Source of the DNA: Setoptus koraiensis
Lineage: Eukaryota > Animalia > Arthropoda
Length of the DNA: 64,000 nucleotides
Assembly (NCBI GenBank): GCA_048013815.1
Contig: CM106586.1
Location: 19,158,001 to 19,222,000, forward strand
Reading direction: 5' to 3'
Part shown: positions 32,201-45,660 of the stretch, piece by piece
Position numbering within the stretch: position 1 is the stretch's first letter
Layout: every line of letters begins with the position of its first letter
Translations under genes and position numbers: made by a program
Notes under the pieces: model-generated
Database searches by the model: none
What the model was told of the DNA's origin: nothing
What the model saw: only the letters and a program-made list of their open reading frames with translations

Positions 32201-35200
32201 GACGGCTCACCTGTCGAACGTTGGCTCCGTTTGAGACGCAATTCTCAATTCTAAATTGTCGATTCTCGTTGCAGCTATTAGTGCTGTCGCAGCTATTAGT
32301 GGCGCTGTTCGGTTTGGTTGCCGGCCGCAATTCTCGGCCCGTCGACCGCCAATGCGACTGGCCGAGCGCTAATGCTCGCAACATGACGATAATCGTTGCG
32401 CAACTTTCAACGATTACGAAATGCGCCCGCATTTTTGTTATTTGTCAGTGGCGGACGATGCCACGAATCGCCGGTCTCTTGCGGCAACAGTCTCGCCCGT
32501 CCCTTGCCTGTGGCTTAGGTGAGAGCTGTGGCGCAGTTTAGCGGTCAGTTGGCGCGCCAAGCGCGCACACAATCTCGCTGACCGTAGTGCGGGCCGGCGC
32601 CGCAGTGTGTTACATAATGTAATAGTGTCCAGTTGTTGGCCACCAGCAATAGTGTAAGTAACTCAGGCCCGTGCGGCCACTAATGGTGACCACTAGTGGC
32701 CATTGCCGGCCACTAGGTGAGCGCCGGCGCAGCCAATGGCAAGCTAGCCCGGCGCAACCATTAGCGGGCTGTCATTTAATTTTGTGTGACTTATGCGTGC
32801 AAGCGTGCGTGCGTTTGTTGTGGTAAAACAATTAATAATGGCCGACACCGGCTCGATATCCACACATGAATGGATTACGCACACACTACTGCACAATTTG
32901 TACACAATTTGTTCAGTGTTGCAACCTGAATGCATCAATGCAGTGGCAACACACACACGCACGCACACACACACGCACAAGCACGACCGACATCGGGCCA
33001 CAAAACGATCGGCTCGCATTACGCCGCTGACCGTTGCGGCCCGACACGACAACCTGTGGCCGACAGGCTGTAACTTGTGGGCTGCAAGTTACAGGTAAGT
33101 GTCTCACAGTGCAAAATAGTTGCGTGGTTGGCCGAGTGGCGCCAACGTTAAAGTTAAACCGGCCAAAACAATCATAAATCACCGGCTTATATGCTAATGA
33201 ACGTGCACTGGCGACCGTGCACGCCGACGGCCGGCACAGCTAGACGACACAGTCGTAAGTCAATCGGTGCACTGCCAATGGCTCGAGCCGCGCAACTAGC
33301 TGCATATTACATAATTATTAACATAATGTAATCAACACATGACCACATTGCTCAATATTGGCGCTCACCTTGTGCCAGCACACGACTTTGCTGGCCAGTG
33401 GTTGGCCGGTGTGCCGCTGTCGCTGTTGAGCGGGCGATTGTGCAACCGGCAACAGGTTGTTTTGCATGACAAAGAGTTGCATACATTGAGTTGCTGCTGC
33501 TGCTGCTGCTACGACGTTGCTGGCCGACGAGAGCTAATTAGCCACTGCGTTGCGTAAGGTGCCTGTGGTTGGCGTCGGCCATTCGCATGTCGGTCTCGGC
33601 TAGTTAGTGGGCTATTTTGGCCCATTTATTTGACGCTCGGCAGCAGTGGTTTGTTTGCGTTGCTCGCTGTTGTGGCTACAATATTATATTGTGTGTATTA
33701 TTGTATCCAGTTTGGTATAAATATATCCATGTGTGTATACCGTATACAGTATATGATTGCTGGATGCCAGCCAGCCGGCCGGCCGGTCAGCGAAATTGCC
33801 GGCCCGCAATGCCAGCGAGTTTGTCGGGCCGCAATGCCAGCGAGCTCGCAGTGGTCGCAATAATAGATGCAAATGCTCGCTATCGTCATCAGCATAAACA
33901 ATTATTCATTGCTAACTAGCCGGCCGGCTGGCTGGCAGAGTGGCCCGTTGCGCCCATGTGTGCTCACGCTCGTTGGGTTGCGTCATTGTTGGCAGCGTCA
34001 TGCCGGCCACTAACGAGCAAGCGGGCTCATTAAGGGCTCATGGCTTCGTGCTCGTTAGTTAGCAGTTGCTGCAATGGACTGGCCAGCCGAAACGCGCCAG
34101 CCGAAACGAAGCGATCGGCGCCAAACAGGCACACAAACAGCGCGGCCTCGCAGCGCCCAGCTCTGGCCAAACTGCAACCTCAAATGGTTACAATTGAGCG
34201 CCGTTTACAGGTAGCTACCTGTGCACTTGTCAGCTCATGCGGCCGACACAACTGATACTCGACGGATACTCGACGGATACCACCGACGCCACACTGACAA
34301 TCAGCTGCGCCAACTGACTCTCACTTGTGACTCACAAGTTGTGAGGGCGCAACAATGGCACACACACACACACACATTGCGTAATACACAATATATATAA
34401 ATTTACTCTCGTCTGAAATTATGTAATAATTGTGACATGACAAGAGTATAACAAGTGCCTAACAAGTGTGTGTGTGTGGCAGCTGCCTCCATGAATGGTC
34501 ATCGCTCGCTTTGCCATTTGGGCGAGCGGATAGCTCACGCTTGAGCTGCGCACACACACACACACGCACGACAAACAAAATAACAACAAAATATCCGTCG
34601 TTTTGGCGAGCTGACAAAGTGGCGGATATTTGTTGCACGCTGCCAGTTGCGAACGAGCGGAACGGAATGTTTGTGATTCTGTGCGCATGCCAATCATCGT
34701 TCAATGGCTGCCACACGAGAGCCACACAAACAGCCGCCAGTCGAATGACATGCCAAATGACGCCAAAACAACAACATATGTCACACGACACAACAGGTGA
34801 CTTACTGTCAGTTGCGTGCGCCTGACACTAGAGCCGCCGATAATCAGTTGGTCGTACGCCAACACACACACACACCGTCAATTGATAGTATCAATTTGAT
34901 GCTCGGTATCAATGATGCAGTGGCCACATCACAACAAGTGGACACAATCACATGTATCACGTCATTGTGCAACAACTACGCAACACAGCTGATTTGGCAT
35001 GTTTGTGTGGTGACCGTTCCAACTTGAGGCCGCGCGCGCGTTTCTCTTTTGCCGCGCCGGCCCGGCCCGGCAGCCTTTTGTTTGCCGCCGATGGGCACCC
35101 AATGAAGCGTGCCCAGCGGCGGACACGGCCCGACAGTATGGCCGACAGTGATCGCGTATTGATTCAATTACACCTGTGCGCTGTCCCGTTTGCTGCACTG

Positions 35201-37947
35201 TCCAATGCCACTGCGCAACATGACAAATTGCGCCAGCGCGTAATTATACGCGCATGTCACAATGTCACTGGATTCCAGTGTCACTGTTGCGCAATTTGTG
35301 CCCTTGCTCAATGAGCCATCCACTGACAGTTGCCCGGCAGCGCCACCGTCAGCTGCTGTCGATCTGACAGTCATGTGTGACGCAACACTGCCTGTTGCTG
35401 TCGTTGCTGTTGTTGCCGTTGTTGCCGTTTTGGCTGGCGAGCCGGCAGCAACAACAGCAACAACGACAACTACAGCAACTACAGCGACAACAACAGCATC
35501 GCAGAGCGGCACAGCGACGCACAGCCATGATAGCGTATCATGCGCGTGATTGCTGCATCGCGTGCTCCCATTTGCGCACTTCCGGTCACTATGGCAACGC
35601 ACAACGCGGCACCATGGCACCCATTCACAACGGCCTGCCTAGGCGCGCGCTGACCAATCGATTTGCCGCCTGGTGTTGACCTACTGAAACGCGCTGTGTA
35701 CCTACGACGACTGCGCGCAACATGTTACGCATGCGTGTCAGTATGTTGCGCAGATCGCAGCGTTCCGAGATTGATCAAGAGTGACCGACACAGCGGCTGT
35801 GCACAGTGTGACGCAAGTGCACAGACCACCGCGATTGGCGGCACAGCGAGCCGACCCCAAGCTGGGCCGGTGATTGATGCCAACTGGCGCCATTAGCGAC
35901 ATGATTACGCTGCAGCACACACACACACACGACACTGGCGGACAGGTGAGGCATTACAACAGCAGCAGCAGTGCCGACACTTGTAATTGTTGGCTGCGAC
36001 TTACAAGTTGTAACAGTTGGCTCGCATTAAACGCCAAGTGAGTGTTGCCAAAAGTGTAGCTGCGGTGCAAGCGATTAGCGAGGTGAGAATAACATGACAG
36101 TGGTAACATAATTGGTGCTTATTTGATTGATAGACGGCATCAAATTGATCAGATTCTGATCAAATTGGAGCCACTTGTTGGCGCGTCAAAGCTTGTTTCA
36201 ATTATCGCTGTTGCTGTTGCGCGTCGCCTACCGGGCCCGCATGCCCGACAACGGCACCGGCAGCGGTCGGCCGGTGAGAACCGATTGAGCAACAGCTAAC
36301 GGTCACACTCTGTGATATCTCTCGGATTTGTGCGCAGCCGAATCTCGCTTCTTCAAGCAGAATTTCTCTCATTTCTGGCAGCCGAGAGTGTGTTGTACTT
36401 GTTGGCGCTGGTCGTTAGTGGTGTGTTGACAGGCGTTAAAAGTTTCAAGTTGAGAGCGCCGCGAAACGTGGAAACGCGCCGATTTGTGAGCCCAAAAATC
36501 GATAGTTGATGATGGCCAAAAATGATAAATTTCCATCGTTGGACAGAGCGAGCGCCAGCGATTTCAAGAGCGACAGAGCACTCGAGCGTTGTTATCGTTT
36601 TCATGGCCAGCCTATTGGCCACGGCCGTGTCCATTGTGGCTTGCGCTCAGTGGTCAGTTGGCCGATTTGACGGCCGCTCGGCCACTTGGCCACTTGCGAG
36701 AGTCACCTTGCGAGCGGAGCGGCAATCTGTGCAGCGACTCATTAATGATGATTGATTTGGTTGCGCACAATTGTAAAGACATTTTACATACAACTACCAT
36801 TGGGATGTTGCCCGGCCCAAGGCTTGCCTGTCGCAACTTGCGAGCCCGTGAAAAGCTGCGCCGTTTTTTGCTGCACGCGGCGCAGCCTTTCTCAGGTGAG
36901 TCTCACCTGAGGCGTCGCTCGCTTGGTTCGCTGTTGGTTTTCGCGTTGGCGCGCACACTGCACAGCGAGCCGTAATTGCGCAACTGCTCTGATCGGGATC
37001 GGTAGGCTCGCCGATTTTGCCGCACCGGATTTCGTTTGAACGGGACGAAAATTGTCGAGAAATCGTTTGTCGCTGCTCCAATTGCGGTCGCTTTTTATCG
37101 CGCGCGCTCACCGCAGTAAAAAGCGCGCACGGGCGCCTCTCGCGCCGCTGAGCATGAGCCAGAGCGCGCGGACTTTGCACAATTGACAATCGATTATCAA
37201 CAATCGACCAACATCAATCAATTCTCAAATTTCATTCTCTTTCCTGTTTAAAGCCTATTAGCGACACAACTGGGCACAGCGAAGCCAGTGTGTATAAGAA
37301 CTTCATAAGAGAAATCTTTTCTCATAGTGTGTGTGCCAGATTATCGGTCGGCCCGAGACGCGTTTTGAATGGCGCACAATCTGCGATTGGGGGGCCGTGT
37401 GCGTACACGGATAATTTGCGCAAATCATCATCAATCAGCGCTCAGTGTGCGCGCCAGTTAATTTGTTTGGGACACTCGAGACATAATTATTATTATTGAG
37501 TATTTATCGGTAAATGCGCTTGTAAATATATTATGTCTAGTTATGATGCAGTCTGATTGCGGCACAATATTGCGATACAATGTAGTGCGCGGTGGCACAA
37601 CGCACAGCCGGCTTACGTGCGAAATAAATCAATCCGGCCCGCGATCAATTTCACGGCCATTAGCGCCGAATGGGGCCGCGCGCGTTGCCCCATTCGGCCA
37701 TTGTATTCCGTCGTTTGATTGCATTGCCGGCCGGCAGCGAGCGCCGGCTCGACAGCGACCGCCACTCGTACACAGCACGCCCACAACAATGGACAACGAC
37801 CGACAACCGGGAGTGAACGCCAGAGAAAAGAAAAAGACTCTCGCTTGCTCCATTGTTGGCCGTGTCTGCTGACTGTTCTCGCCGGGAGAACGCTTCGCAA
37901 AGAACACACTTCTTCAGAGCTGGTGGTTTGCTGGCCGGCGCACAGCG

Positions 37948-37989
37948 CACCAATCGGCCACCAATCGGCCACCAATCGGCCACCAATGG
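37948..37989. repeat. 11-bp tandem repeat CACCAATCGGC x4
   Basis: Seen directly. Confidence 0.9.
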
Positions 37990-38569
37990 ACATTCGAGCA
38001 ACCAACAAAAGCAACCAATGGCAGCCAAGAAGTTGCGCCCAGAGAATCGCATCACACCGAAACTTCTCCATCGGTGGCGTCACATTGCTTTGTGTGCCAC
38101 CACACGACTTAATTTGCCAACACGGCGGGGCCCCGGTGCCCGAGTGACAAGATGCGACAGCCAGCACTACTTCTGGCACCAGCGGTATGGCACGCGCAAT
38201 TGACAATTGTGCCGGTTATGCTAGCAGTCTCCGGCGAGCAATCCAACAGCACAATGGCGGCCCGACGGTGAACCGCACCGCGCCGCGCCGCGGCCAATGA
38301 GACGAACGCGACTAGAGAGACGAGTGAGGGTTCCACCAGCACCCAGCAGATGGGGCCACCACAGGAGCGGTGTCGAGCCGGCCCGACAAGCCAGCAGCTC
38401 CAGCTGAACTTTGGCTTGTGACGCGAGACAAGCAGACAGGCGGCCAGCGGTAATCGAGTGGCCGACAATTAATGCTAATTAAGCTCGCGAGTCAGTTCTG
38501 TGTCTACGACTCACAAGCGCGTAATTAGTTGCCGGGCGGGGGAGCTGCCTTGCCAGCTCGCTCTGCAGG

Positions 38570-38632
38570 AGCAGCAGCAGCAACAACAACGACAACAACA
38601 ACAGCAACAACGACAGCAACAACAACAACAGC

Positions 38633-38684
<52 letters not shown>

Positions 38685-38717
38685 GCAACAGCAACAGCAA
38701 CAACGACAGCAACAGCA
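38570..38717. repeat. (CAA/CAG/CGA)n trinucleotide tract, ~50 units
   Basis: Seen directly. Confidence 0.95.
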
Positions 38718-41541
38718 AATTAATTGGCTGTCCGACGGGAATTCGCAAGCGCAAATAAGCGCGCATAAACACTGACAAACTGACAAGCCAACAAGCCAAC
38801 AAACGAGCAACATTCCCAAATGAAACATGGCGTGCGAGAGGCCAACAATTATAGGCTCAGTGTGGCGGCTTGTGGTTGCGACACGAAGCGACGAGCAAGC
38901 CGAGCGATCGGACAGGTAGCTTGCGTTGGTTTCAATTATCTGTCGTCACTGGTAATCGGTGATGGTCGCACACTGTGCAAACAACACACAGTGCGCTCAA
39001 TATCATCGCGGGCTCGTCTAGCCGCACGCACTGTTTGCCCGACTGTCGTTACCTGTCGGGCCGCCGGCTGCGACGTTACCTGTCGGGATGTGTTACCTGT
39101 TGCGCAAATGCAAACAACATTGCATGCAAACAGTGGCTGTTCGGCAGTGTGTGCGTGCGTCATCGCGCGCTGTCAACAGTCGCCGACGATTCACAAGTCG
39201 ACGAAATTGCGCAAATGACAGCCATTGTGCGTCTGCCAGGCATTTGCCGTAGTCACCGTAGTTGTTGTTGCTGTTGCTGTTGCTGTTGCTGTTGCGTACA
39301 ATGTTGTTGTTGTTGATGGTGGTGATGTTGTTGCTGTTGTTGCTCATGTTGTTGATGAGCAGCTTGCCGGTTCAGGTGTGCTGCGCGAGAACAGAATTAA
39401 ATTCGCCTCGTTTTTTCTCACTTTTGGTCGCTCGCCGAGCGACGGGCGAGTGAGAGTCGCCGAGCGACAGTCGTCGGCACACCATGAACAAACGACAAAT
39501 GTTGCTCCAAATGAGCAACACGTTGTTGTTTGTTCACCTTGACAGTGTCAGCCGCCGGCAACAAGTGCAACCTTTGCGCCTGTTGCGGCGCCCAAAATAC
39601 CATCGCCACCGACAGCATATAGGCCGTCTTGGCGAGCTCTGTGCGCTGCAAGCTTGACTTTAGGCACACCGGTCGCACAGAGCTCGGCGGCTGTGCCGGA
39701 TGGCCAAGCTGGAGCGACTGTCGACCGTCGACGTTGCACGAATCCATTGGAGTCCATTGGAGTCCATTGGAATCCATTGGAATTGTGCGCAATTTTGTGG
39801 GCAATTTTGTGCGCGAGCCAGTCTGCGTCGTTGCGAGCACGGCTCACGCGGCCTATACTAAATGCAAATATGCCGTTTGACGGCTGCTGCCACACAACAT
39901 CGTCATCAAACTGTCTAATGAGCTATTACAGATACTGCTAATATCACTAATATTAGCAGAGCAATATCAACAGAGTTGCGTTGGCGAGCAACATTGTTGG
40001 GCACACACACACACTCAAGCGAAGTTACTTTTTTAGCAATTACATCATCATGGCGGTCAGTTCATCTGTGCCAAATTGCACAATGGCAGTCGTTTAAATG
40101 GACGCACATTCAAATTGATGCTACAATTCAAGTTCATTATTCAGATGACCATTGCCGGTTGCGCTGCCACAAGTCGCTCATGTGATACAACTTGTATCAC
40201 AGGTGATTGCATCACCGGCGCTTGCATCACAATTTGCGGCCACTGGCCGAAGAGATGATCTGCTGGATCAATATTTGGCCAAGCAACAAAACGATTATCA
40301 TTTTCGCTCGCTCTCCCTCTCTCTGCTCGCCTCGACAAACATCATCTATCATGTGCGTCGCGTCACATTGGACAGCCACTGCTTAGGTCGTCGTTACGTA
40401 ACAACGCTGTTTGCGCTGTTTGTTTGCGCCGCTTTCCTCATCTCCTGTCAGGTGCGTGTGAGTCACTCACAGTGAGTGTGTGTGTGTGTGTTGTCATTGT
40501 TGGCCGCCAGTCGGCTTGACCCTGTGCAAAACCGATGCAGCATCACTTATGCAACATGAGCGATGCAGCATCAGTTATGTAACATTGGTGTGGCAACATG
40601 AGCGCTGCTGTCCAGTGAGTGCCGAGCCAACACGACCCTCAAACAAGGTGAGCGCAGCGAGCAAACATTTTCTCTAATTGTGTGATTGTGTAATCTTGTT
40701 GCAAGCTCGCGCGCCTGTGCAGAATATTATCAGCTATTCATCAGCTGCAGTCGAGCACGGCCAACAAACAAACTGACCAACAGGCGAGCCAACAAACAAA
40801 CTGACCAACAGGCGAGCCAACAAACTGACCAACAGGCCAACCGACAAGCGATCGGCCAATTCGAAGCGGTGGCGCCACTTTCACTGATTGCGCCACTGCG
40901 GCCGCTCGCAACCGGCAACTGACCACAGGCTGGTCGCTGTTGTGGTCACCGAAATGGCACAAAAACTGGAATAATAAAAATTGCGATCGATCGCACACAA
41001 AACTGCAATCGTGGAGAGCAGACAATCAATTGTTGCCTCTAATCGTGCGGCCCCATCAACGGGCGCCAGACAAAGTGCAGCCAATTTGTCGCGCACTACC
41101 TGTCGTCTGGACTCGCCATGGACAGTGGCTGCGGCAAGTCCGTCCAGTCTAGCGACCAGGTGCCCAACTAGGCCCGGTCGAGCCGTCCCGTCGGCCGGCC
41201 GGACATGCACGGGATTCAGGGACAGGGCAAGTGGCGCGCAGATGAGCAGATTAGATGACCAATCGACAGACCAGTGGACAGACCAGTGGACAGACCAATG
41301 GACAGAGCAACGGACAGAGTCCGGTGAGATGGACGGACAAACAGAGACGGACAACAATGCTTGGCCAGATTAGTTGTTTGCGATTGTGTTAAGCTGTTAA
41401 TAACGGTCGGTCTAGTTGGCCTGCGCGCTTAATGCGCTTTATTAATGACAGTCCGTTGAAATGTTTGTTTCAGGCCAACGTTTCAGCTTGTCGCTGGCCA
41501 GTTTGCTGCTTTTGCTCGCCAACTATGCCCAACAACCGTGC

Positions 41542-41612
41542 TCGACAACCGTGCTCAACAACCACGCTCAACAACCACGCTCAACAACCACGCTCAACAA
41601 CCACGCTCAACA
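41542..41612. repeat. 13-bp tandem repeat GCTCAACAACCAC, ~5 copies
   Basis: Seen directly. Confidence 0.9.
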
Positions 41613-43274
41613 ACTTGGCTGACTGCTATTTGTCAGTGAGAGATAGCGAGTTGTCACACCGGCGACCATTGATTTGAGCACCAAGATTAAATGCCTCACC
41701 TGTCGACTTACACACTAACATTGGGTCGCTTTATAATCCGCGAATGCGCGCTCGCGAATTATAGATGGATGCGAATCAATGCGCTGCCATTATTGCTCGA
41801 CACTGTCGACAGTTTGTTTAATCATTGTATTACCTTGCTACCATCGTACACACGATTATGTCGTCGCCGCTTATCTAAATCTCCTCACCTTATCCTCACC
41901 TGCCCGCTAATTCCCGCCTCACTCGTTCGTTCCTCGGTCTGTTTGCAGTTTGCAACTCCAGCAATGCGGCCAATGCGACCGATGCGGCCAATGCGACCGA
42001 CGCGATCGACCAACTTGAAAATTTAACAACTCGCAAATTCGCAAACTCGACAGTCTACAATTTCAAAAATGTTCAATTTCGAATATTTACAATTTTGAAA
42101 ATATTTAGTTAGCTTGCGATGTACGATATACGAGCGGACAATCGCGATGGAATATTTGAAATGTTGAACACTGTCTGTGCTGCGGACATACGAGACGATA
42201 TTTGAATACAAATGGATATTCAAATTGAATGGTCAGCCGCGATGTGAGGCGACTACAGCGCGTGCTGTTGCGCCTACCACGTCAGAGGCAGCGCATAACG
42301 CGCGCGAGACACTCAAGAGCTCGAAATAATTAGTAATTATCGGCCATTTATTACCACTGGCCGACTGTGCTATGACTATGCTACAGGGACAAGTGCCCAA
42401 ATTATGGTTGTTATGAGATGATGCTGGTGTGAGCCCATTTATGCTGATTAGAGAATGCTGATTGTTTCGTCGTCAGTGACTGGTGCAAATAGTTGGTGCA
42501 CGACGGCCGGCCCACCGACAACAACGGACAGAGCGACATATCAGCGACATATGAGAACGAGCGAGCGAGAAATTTGCAAAATTATCGAGATTGGTCGACT
42601 CGGATGCGCGGATGTGCGATTATCCGAGAGATAAGCGGCGTGATTGTCACTTGTGGCTGTTGGAATGGCATTTTATTATCCATGTGCGTGTATATATTTT
42701 GTGCGTTTAGTTGGCTTTGTTCATTTACTTGGCGCTGCCAAGTAAATGAATATGCAATGTTTGTTTGTCGATTGACAAAACAAAGTTGCTCGCTGATTGG
42801 CCGCTGTCGACTGGACACTGCTGATTGGACGGCGCTGATTGGACACCATCCGAGACACCATCGCAGGCACCGAGTGGCCAGTGCTGACCAGTGCTGACCA
42901 CTGCCGGCCAGTGGCAGTCGCAAGAGGGCCGCAAACACTGGCCATGATACAAGTTTGTCTCATTCAGTTTTGTTTGTTGTGTCCGTGGCCATTCTTTGGG
43001 TGGCTGCTTTGTGTTTGTTGCTCGTGTGTATGTATACACCATGTATTCGGTTGGTGTAAGTGTGCGTGTAAAGCAACAAACAAATAATGTCAGCAGGTAG
43101 TTGCAGTTGTGCTGTTGACACAGGTAAGAGGCTTAGTAGCGAGCCTGCGAGAGTTTGACAAACAAAACTACACTGTTTCTGCTGTGTCCGGCTAAATCCC
43201 GTCCACGGTCGACAGTGCATAGTTTATATTGGGCATAGTTTGATGAATGCACTCGTGTGGTCGTTGTTTGGCTC

Positions 43275-43303
43275 AACAGCAACAACATCAACGACAACGA
43301 CAA

Positions 43304-43380
<77 letters not shown>

Positions 43381-43392
43381 ACAACATCGACA
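43275..43392. repeat. (AACAGC)n hexamer / (CAA)n tract
   Basis: Seen directly. Confidence 0.95.
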
Positions 43393-45447
43393 ACTACATG
43401 AGACCATCAACTGCACTGCTGGTGCAGACCGATGGTGCAGGTGCAGCATCACTGGTCAGCATAGACTGGTCAGTGTAGAAGTGCTATAATGGAAGGCATA
43501 AATAATGGGCCAAACGAGTGTGTCGAGTTGCTCGCCAACGCTGCCAACGTTGCACACAAACCAGAACCAAAACCGACCAAAGTGGCATTATAAACAAAGC
43601 AAACAAAGCTGAGCTCACCTTTGGGCCGCACCCTCACCTGTAATTGGCGTGTGTAATATTTTAACTCTTTCACTAGTTGAGAGCTTGTTTCACTGTTGCT
43701 GTTGCTGTTGTGCGCTTAAGCTAACGCTCGGTGTGGTCGAGTTGACAGTTTGATTGTTGTTTGTGACTGGCACTGCTGACCACTGGTCACTCGTTGCTCG
43801 TTACTAGATGCGGCCAACGAGTAAAAGTTGATTGCTTCGCCGGTGGCCCTGTCCGTTGCTGGTGTCACCTTGTCAGTGGCTGTGCCACTTGTAATAAAAC
43901 CACTCACAATTGTCACTATCACCACTATTATAGCTCATTGTGAGCTGGCCAATACATCTGTGCCAGCAATCAGCATATCAGGTATAAGGTATCAGTTATG
44001 AGCATGTCAGGTATCGGTTAGAGACTATCAGGTATTGCTGGCCGGTTGTCACAATCAGCTGATGCTTGTTATAATTGTTGCTGGTCAGCAATTAAACAGT
44101 GTAAGCTGACCAGCGACAGTGGCCGTGATGACGCGCACACTGATTGCCAGCTAATGACAGTCAGCTAATGGCAGTCAGCTGTTGCCAAACAGCCCAGGCG
44201 GGCTCCCGAGGCCACAGCGGGCCTCGGGATATAGCGGCCAGAGTGGCGGGTATATGTGAGAATGGCAGCAATAGGTGAGAGTGGCAGCAATACCAAAAGC
44301 AGCCACGGGCGCTGGCGCGAACGGCACCCAAGCCGGCTCACAACTGTCAGTCCGACAGCGACAGTGGAACGAGCTTCCTCAAATCCGCGCCACCTAATGA
44401 TACTGCGGCGACGCTCTCGCGATACTGCGACGACGCTCTCGCGATACTGCGACCATGTTCTTGCGGACGGGCGTCGCTGGCGCGCTTTGCGCGGCTCCCG
44501 GTGAGCGATCGCGCCGGACCGGTGGGTAAACAAACCATTCGGGCCCGGCCAGTTATCATCAAAGTGATTGACGGGCGCCAACTCGTTGACTACCGTTGCC
44601 CGTTCTGCTTCTCATTTGCCCGTGTGCCCGTTCGCCCGTTTGCCCATTTACCCGTTTGCTGGCCGACACACACTGGTCAGTGGTTGTCCACTGGCCGTCG
44701 CCGGTCACCTGAGAATCTCAGACTGACGATATGCGGTTTGTGCCCGTTAGATATGGCCGGCACCGGTTGTGTTTGCGCCAGAGCCAGCGTCAGCGCCGGC
44801 GACTCGGGGCGCATTTCCATTTTGGCCTCTGTGTTTTGTGAATTTTCAATTTTCGCTCAGCTCGCACCACTAGCGCCAACCGTCCAGAGCCGATGCAGCC
44901 AACTAGCAGCGCCACAACGAGCCACTCACATTATCATTTCGCCACCTCGAGCCAGTGTTTTTTGGCCAGTGTTATCCGTTGTCCGGTCATTAATCTAATG
45001 ACCAGACTGGTCGCCAGCAGCCGACAGCAGCGGGCAGCGAACAGGCGAGAGCCGGCCCGAGACAGCCGAGAACGCATGCTGGCAATCGATTGGTTTTTAT
45101 CGCGTTGGCCGTGCCAGTCCAGTTATTATTATATTGACCAGAGGGGCTATTATGTTGCGGCCGCTCGATTTAAATATGCGCGTGTTTGGCCGGTACGCGT
45201 TGCTCGTGCGCGTTGGCCATAAATCGCCAAATCACGGTCGCCATCTCTGTCGCCGTGTCTCTGGCCGCGTTAACGGGCCCATCTCTTCGGAGATTGTATT
45301 AGCGCGGTGAACGTTGTTGGCCTTTGTTCGCCAATTGAGCGATGGTGACAACAAAAAATGCGCCAGCGTTTTGAATAGAAATTCATGCTGCAAAGTTGTT
45401 AATTTTAACGAGTTTCTCCGGCGCGCACGCCGGCCCAAACAACCCAA

Positions 45448-45522
45448 AACAACGCCAACACAACCCAAAGCGACGCCAGCACAACCCAAAGCGACGCCAA
45501 CACAACCCAAAACAACGCCAGC
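45448..45522. repeat. 21-bp tandem repeat ACAACCCAAARCRACGCCARC, ~4 copies
   Basis: Seen directly. Confidence 0.85.
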
Positions 45523-45589
45523 CACGGCCAACAATGGCCGCTCAGACACAATGATCAATCGCTAGGTGCCAGGCAGCAATTTTGCGCCG

Positions 45590-45660
45590 CTTGCATCGCC
45601 TCGCACCGCCTTGCACCGCCTTGCATCGCCTCGCACCGCCTTGCACCGCCGTGCACCGCT
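45590..45660. repeat. 10-bp tandem repeat TTGCACCGCC, ~7 copies with 30-bp higher order
   Basis: Seen directly. Confidence 0.85.

Noticed and set aside
36313-36372. Minus-strand peptide MREILLEEARFGCAQI resembling a tubulin N-terminus
   Set aside because: Only MREI matches, and no further tubulin sequence exists in any frame.
39548-39895. ORF containing GLYAVGGDG (Kelch-like)
   Set aside because: A single short motif with no other blade residues or repeats; the ORF crosses 10- and 12-bp tandem repeats.
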